Source: Candidatus Staskawiczbacteria bacterium RIFCSPHIGHO2_02_FULL_43_16
GTDB lineage: Bacteria > Patescibacteriota > Minisyncoccia > Minisyncoccales > Staskawiczbacteraceae
Reading direction: 5' to 3'
DNA length: 53,807 nt
Assembly (NCBI GenBank): GCA_001821935.1
Contig: MHOU01000008.1
Coordinates: forward strand, 1 to 53,807
Below are positions 48,875 through 53,807 of the stretch, piece after piece. A program made the translations under genes and the position numbers. Within the stretch, counting starts at the first letter, position 1, and every line of letters begins with the position of its first letter. The notes below the pieces were generated by a model. That model was not told the DNA's origin, did not search any database, and saw nothing but the letters and a program-made list of their open reading frames with translations.

Positions 48875-49933
48875 ATGGATTTTCCTATTTTTAAGACTAA
48901 AACCGGCGAGAAAACATTTGACTTGACGGATGCAAAAGATCGTCAGGCGTATTTTGAATACAAAGCCGGGGCGGAAATTAAAAAGCTGCAGGATTACCTA
49001 AAAGATAAAACCTTTATCGTGTATTTGCTGGGAAAAAAATCTTCCGGAAAGGGCACCTATGCCAAAATGTTCAAGGAAGTTATTGACTCCCAAAAGATAG
49101 AGCATCTTTCCATCGGGGATATGATCCGCGGCTTTGATGAAGCCCTCAAAAACCCGGCCAAAAAACAGGAATTAGTTGATTTTTTGCACAAAAAATACCG
49201 CGGGCCCGTTTCCGTGGAGGATATTATTAAGGCCATGGAGAATCGGTCAACGAAAGTACTGTTGCCCTCAGAATTGATTTTGGCGTTAACGGAAAGGGAA
49301 ATTTCAAAGATGGGTAAAAAAGCTATTTTTTTAGATGGTTTTCCGCGCGACTTGGATCAGGTTTCTTATTCGTTGTTTTTTAAAAACCTGATTGATTACC
49401 GCCAAGATCCGGATATTTTTGTCCTAATAGATGTCCCAACTAATGTCATTGATGAAAGAGTTAAATATCGGTTAATTTGCCCCCTGTGCAATACGTCCAG
49501 GAATTTGAAATTGTTGCCTACCAAACATGTCGGCTATGATGCCGAGCGCAATTCGTATTATCTGATGTGCGATAATGCCAGCTGCAGCGGAGCCCGCATG
49601 ATTACCAAAGAGGGGGATGAGTTGGGCATTGAGCCGATCAAAGAAAGGCTGGATAAAGACGGGCTGTTGATGGGACAAATTTATAATATGCACGGAATCA
49701 AAAGGATATTGTTGCGTAATTCCATTCCCGTAAATAAAACGAAAGAACACTACGATGATTATGAAATTACTCCGGAGTACCATTATACATTTGACTTTGC
49801 ATTGCAAAAAGTAACGGTCCAAGAAAAACCCTGGGAAGTAAAAGATGATGAAGGCAATGCGGTTAATTCTTTAATGCCTCCGCCGGTGGTGGTTTCTTTA
49901 ATAAAGCAGATGGTGGCAATCTTGGAGTTATAA
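48875..49933 (+). CDS. Adenylate kinase-like nucleoside monophosphate kinase
   Basis: GKKSSGKGT, HLSIGD, LDGFPR, CPLC lid. Confidence 0.8.
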   Translation: MDFPIFKTKTGEKTFDLTDAKDRQAYFEYKAGAEIKKLQDYLKDKTFIVYLLGKKSSGKGTYAKMFKEVIDSQKIEHLSIGDMIRGFDEALKNPAKKQELVDFLHKKYRGPVSVEDIIKAMENRSTKVLLPSELILALTEREISKMGKKAIFLDGFPRDLDQVSYSLFFKNLIDYRQDPDIFVLIDVPTNVIDERVKYRLICPLCNTSRNLKLLPTKHVGYDAERNSYYLMCDNASCSGARMITKEGDELGIEPIKERLDKDGLLMGQIYNMHGIKRILLRNSIPVNKTKEHYDDYEITPEYHYTFDFALQKVTVQEKPWEVKDDEGNAVNSLMPPPVVVSLIKQMVAILEL

Positions 49934-49971
49934 ACACTTGACTTGGTTTTTGGAAGAGTTACAATGAAGAT

Positions 49972-50097
49972 AGCTCTGAGGTCCAGTAAATATTCTATAT
50001 TACATTTATCAAGGGAGTCCAATATTTGTTTTAGCCTTGGTTAAGACTTGAGGACACCCACTTAAAATTTCATAGAAATTTTAAAGGATGTCAGGGC
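49972..50097 (+). ncRNA. ssrS: Candidate 6S RNA
   Basis: Own promoter (TTGACT-16-TACAAT) and terminator; ends pair (GCTCTGA/TCAGGGC); rod-like fold with a central bubble. Confidence 0.55.
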
Positions 50098-50131
50098 AGC
50101 AAAAAAATCACCGCATGGTGATTTTTTTGCT
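50098..50131. terminator. Bidirectional intrinsic terminator
   Basis: AGCAAAAAAATCACC-GCAT-GGTGATTTTTTTGCT. Confidence 0.8.
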
Positions 50132-50205
50132 GCTGGAAGTGTGAAGTTATCCACATTGTTGACAACTTTTTTTAGTGGTAAAATGAATGAATATTTCTAA
50201 TATCT

Positions 50206-50285
50206 AATCTTTAAATTACGAAATGCTTTCAGGAGAAAAGACCTGAAAAGAAAATATTAAACGTGCATTTCGTAATTCAAAGATT
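50206..50285. repeat. Short copy of the 1682-1852 palindromic element
   Basis: AATTACGAAATGC...GCATTTCGTAATT termini; shared internal AAAGACCTGAAA. Confidence 0.75.
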
Positions 50286-50295
50286 CTAATACATT

Positions 50296-52716
50296 TTGGG
50301 CAAGTTTTTTGTATTTTTATTTATTGTTGTTACAGCTATAGGTTTGCCAGCGCAAGCGGTTTTTGCTTCAACTACTGACGGCACTATTTCCGGTTACGCC
50401 TGGTCCAGCCAGATTGGCTGGATTAATTTTGGCACTACCAATGGGAACACGCACATTACCGATTCTGTGGTAACTGGATATGCTTGGAATGAAAACATGG
50501 GTCGCATTAATTTAGACCCTACTAATAGCGGCGTGGTAAATAATAGCGAGGGTACTCTTTCAGGAAAAGCTTGGTGTGAAGGCACGGGGTGGATAAATTT
50601 TAGTGGGGTGACGGTAAGTTCTTCAGGTGTATTTTCCGGAACGGCAACAGGAGATAATAATGTAAGTATTAATTTTAATTGCGCTAACTGTAACGTAACC
50701 ACAGACTGGCGGCCAGCTAGTACCCGTTCTTCGGGCGGCGGGGGGGGGTCGGTATCTGGCGGTGGCGGTGGTGGCGAGACTAGCGGAACTTATGATGGAC
50801 CGTTTGGTATTGTCATAAATAATGAAAATCAGTATACCAACAGTAAAAATGTTACACTTTCTCTTAAAGGGGGCGTAGTTGTGGATAAAATGATGGTTTC
50901 TGATAATGTGGATTTTGCCAACGCTTTCCAAGAACTTTTTTCTGAGAATAAAAATTGGGTACTGCCCGGATCCGATGGCTTAAAAACGGTGTATGCTAAA
51001 TTTTATAATACCCAGGGCCTTGTTTCGCCCATCGTATCGGCCAATATTATATTAGACACCCAGCCGCCACTTATTAATCTTGGCGTTTTAAAAAAATCGT
51101 ATGATACGGTTGAACAGATTGCCATTACCGGAACCGCAGAGCCCGGTGCCCAGGTTATTTTTTTGTTGGATGGTTATTATGGAATTGTGCCAAGCGACCA
51201 ATGGGGCAATTGGGTGCTGCCTGTCGGCAATTTGGGAATAGGTAACCATCAAGTAGAGGTTTTTGCTAAAGATTTGGCGGGCAATGCAAGCCCCGTTATA
51301 AAAGCTGGATTTTCAGTGTACGACACGCCCATACCTTATCAACCCCCTGTCGTGGATATTTTTAAAAAATTGACCGAAGGCATTCAATTTTTATTCCCCC
51401 AGTTTTTTAAGCCAAAGGAATTACCCAAAGTTGCCATTACCGTTCCCCAAATTACTCCGCCCGCGTTTAAGGGAGCTTTTCACTATATTTCAACCATGAC
51501 CCTGGCCAGGCTAGTGCTGCAGCCCTTGCCTTCAGATGTAAAACTTCTTGCCCAAAAATTTCCCCAAGTGCAAAAAACCTTTAACGAAGTCGGGGTTAAT
51601 AAAATTACGGATCTTCAAAAACTTTCCAATGCCAATTTAAAATTGCCCAATCTCACTGAAACTGTATTGCCCAAACCAACCATCGCAGTTGGGAAGTTTG
51701 CGGTGCCCAAAGGAGTACCCATTGAAAAATTATCAGCTATTGCCAAAAACAGCATTCCTTCGGAAATTGTGTTCGCTAAAGTTGCCGGTGGGTTGGTTGA
51801 TTTAAATGTGGCGCTGTCAATTAACAACCAGGGAAAACCGGTACAAACCATTAAAGTTCTTTCCAGCCAGCATTTACAGTTGGTGGTAAGAACCGAACAG
51901 GAAGTTAGAAAAATGACCGGATATGTGGTGTTTAAATCAAAAAAATATAATTCCCCATCCGTCAAATCTGATTTAAATACTATGTCAGCTTCACTGCTGT
52001 TTGCCAATCCCAGCTTGGCGGCGTTGGCCGAGCCAAGCATCAAAATTCCCATTGAAGGAGCAACTCAAAAAATAAATACACAGGAATTCCCAGATGCATC
52101 AACCATAGAAAAAAGACTGGTAATTTCTGAATTTGAATACCAAGACAGTGGAAACGGAGTTTATATTTCTACCATCCAAACTCCGGTGGTTGACGGTGAG
52201 TATGAAATTATTACCGTCATTGATTACGTGGACGGTGATCAGGAAAAAGAAATAAAACTGATTACGTTAATTGACCCCGAGGGATATATTTATGAAAAAA
52301 ACGGGGATATGGAAACCCGAATTGCCGGAGCTATCGCTTCTTTATATTGGTTAAACCCCGAAAGCAAGCAGTATGAACTTTGGCCGGCCAAAGAATTCCA
52401 GCAGGAAAACCCCCAGACCACAGACATCCGGGGAACTTATTCATTTTTAGTGCCCGAAGGATATTATTATTTAAAGGTCGACTCTCCCGGATATTTAAGT
52501 TATGACGGGAAACCCTTTGAAGTGAAAGAGGGGAGCGGGATTCATATCAACATTGAACTGAAAACCAAATATTGGTTTTTGAACATAGTTGACTGGAAAA
52601 CAATTCTATTGGTTGCGGTTGTCTTGATGTTACTCTATAACTTTTATCGGGATAAAATTCGGGAGAAACAAAAAAATAACATACAAGTAAGTAATATACA
52701 AAATGGAATTAAATAA
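50296..52716 (+). CDS. Large exported/surface protein (GYAW/GWINF repeats, Ig-like, carboxypeptidase-regulatory-like domain, C-terminal TM)
   Basis: Signal peptide, GYAWSSQIGWINF repeats, Gly linker, DPEGYIYE..QENPQTTD. Confidence 0.75.
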   Translation: MGKFFVFLFIVVTAIGLPAQAVFASTTDGTISGYAWSSQIGWINFGTTNGNTHITDSVVTGYAWNENMGRINLDPTNSGVVNNSEGTLSGKAWCEGTGWINFSGVTVSSSGVFSGTATGDNNVSINFNCANCNVTTDWRPASTRSSGGGGGSVSGGGGGGETSGTYDGPFGIVINNENQYTNSKNVTLSLKGGVVVDKMMVSDNVDFANAFQELFSENKNWVLPGSDGLKTVYAKFYNTQGLVSPIVSANIILDTQPPLINLGVLKKSYDTVEQIAITGTAEPGAQVIFLLDGYYGIVPSDQWGNWVLPVGNLGIGNHQVEVFAKDLAGNASPVIKAGFSVYDTPIPYQPPVVDIFKKLTEGIQFLFPQFFKPKELPKVAITVPQITPPAFKGAFHYISTMTLARLVLQPLPSDVKLLAQKFPQVQKTFNEVGVNKITDLQKLSNANLKLPNLTETVLPKPTIAVGKFAVPKGVPIEKLSAIAKNSIPSEIVFAKVAGGLVDLNVALSINNQGKPVQTIKVLSSQHLQLVVRTEQEVRKMTGYVVFKSKKYNSPSVKSDLNTMSASLLFANPSLAALAEPSIKIPIEGATQKINTQEFPDASTIEKRLVISEFEYQDSGNGVYISTIQTPVVDGEYEIITVIDYVDGDQEKEIKLITLIDPEGYIYEKNGDMETRIAGAIASLYWLNPESKQYELWPAKEFQQENPQTTDIRGTYSFLVPEGYYYLKVDSPGYLSYDGKPFEVKEGSGIHINIELKTKYWFLNIVDWKTILLVAVVLMLLYNFYRDKIREKQKNNIQVSNIQNGIK

Positions 52717-53086
52717 TTCAGTGCAAACAAATAAAAAAAGCATTCTGCTAATGGTCGTCGTGGCGGCTCTTCTGGTAGCAGTTGTCTTTTTCGCCGTTCA
52801 GAGTTTTGTGAAAGTTCAGGAAGTCAGGGAAGCCCAAAAAGAACTGGCCCGGCAGAAAACCAATGTCAAAGTGGTTAACTTCTTAAGCTTATTTATCCAA
52901 AAAGTATTAAAAACCGACAAAGAGATTTCTTTTGAAGACCGGCTGAAACTGGAAAATGCCATACGCGATATTAATGACCCGGAAATTTTGGCAAAGTGGG
53001 AACAGTTTACCGGCGGCACTAATGAGGCGGAAATCCAGGCCGGAGTGAAAAATTTATTGGAAATCTTGGTGAGAAAGATGTATTAG
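52703..53086 (+). CDS. Hypothetical single-TM protein
   Basis: 127-aa ORF overlapping the upstream stop. Confidence 0.65.
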   Translation: MELNNSVQTNKKSILLMVVVAALLVAVVFFAVQSFVKVQEVREAQKELARQKTNVKVVNFLSLFIQKVLKTDKEISFEDRLKLENAIRDINDPEILAKWEQFTGGTNEAEIQAGVKNLLEILVRKMY

Positions 53087-53224
53087 CTTTCTGCTTTTTG
53101 ATAGTTGCCGGGCTCGGTAATTTTTAAAAAGCAGAAAGTTATTGCATTGAAGATTATGCACAGGGCGAGTACTGTCTTTTGTGGTAAAATAAATAAATAA
53201 TTTAGTGAATATAAGTTGCTAACA

Positions 53225-53807
53225 TTGAAAAATATTTCTAAAAAATTAAGACAAATCTTCTGGCCCAAAGAAGGGAATTTGTTTTCCTCATTGATTACTG
53301 GATTAGTTTTGGCCGGTTTGTTTTCTACGGCATTCTATGTCTTTGCCTTACCGTATAGTCCGGGTGAAACTACTGATCCTTCCTGTCTCCCAACCGATGC
53401 CAATTGCACTGTAACCGAATCAGTGCCATACACGGGAGCCACCGCCGCGGTTGATTTGGGCAGTAAAAATATAACCACTACCGGCACCGGATCTTTTGGT
53501 TCATTAAGTCTGACTACCACTTCTTTGACCGTAGGTAATGGAGGAACTGGCAATTCATCGCTTACTGCCTACGCGCTTTTATCAGGAGGAACCACTACGA
53601 CTGGCGCCCTTCAACAAATTTCCGGAGTGGGAACTTCAGGCCAGGTATTAACTTCAAACGGAGCGGGGGTTTTGCCAACTTGGCAAACAGGATCGGGTGG
53701 GGGAGCTAGTACTGCTTTGGATAACCTCGCCTCCGTAGCCATCAACACCTCTTTAATCTCTGACACCGATGACACCGACGACCTGGGTTCAGCCACCGTA
53801 GAATGGA
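53225..53807 (+). CDS. Thr/Gly-rich surface/fibre-like protein (partial, runs off right edge)
   Basis: Open frame from TTG 53225: TM then PYSPGETTDPSC..VPYTGAT..NGGTG..GQVLTSNG. Confidence 0.7.
   Translation, partial: MKNISKKLRQIFWPKEGNLFSSLITGLVLAGLFSTAFYVFALPYSPGETTDPSCLPTDANCTVTESVPYTGATAAVDLGSKNITTTGTGSFGSLSLTTTSLTVGNGGTGNSSLTAYALLSGGTTTTGALQQISGVGTSGQVLTSNGAGVLPTWQTGSGGGASTALDNLASVAINTSLISDTDDTDDLGSATVEW

Overview
Gene-dense bacterial chromosome segment. Gene content and style (compact type IV pilus cluster, ComEC, F-type ATP synthase with short delta and epsilon, DUF5667/DUF2779/DUF5679-type genes, few Shine-Dalgarno sites, many small palindromic repeats) suggest Patescibacteria (CPR, Parcubacteria-like); this assignment is an inference. 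The standout is a minimal CRISPR locus at about 4.85-8.0 kb. It has a 482-aa TnpB/Cas12-like protein with substituted RuvC catalytic residues and no Zn-finger/RuvC-III end, a 243-aa Cas1 lacking its N-terminal domain (no cas2), a structured ~225-nt leader, and an array of eight 39-bp repeats. Four of the seven spacers translate, on the antisense strand, to recognisable cellular genes (EF-G, ribosomal protein S19, GlyA, a HicB-like antitoxin). This suggests a nuclease-dead, RNA-guided system directed at cellular genes rather than phage. Other observations: ~102-bp inverted-repeat elements at prepilin cleavage sites, cassettes flanked by duplicated gene starts, in-frame palindromes inside core genes, a probable Na+-type ATP synthase, a 6S-like RNA and frequent leaderless genes. 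All protein assignments are by motif recognition only; no searches were run.
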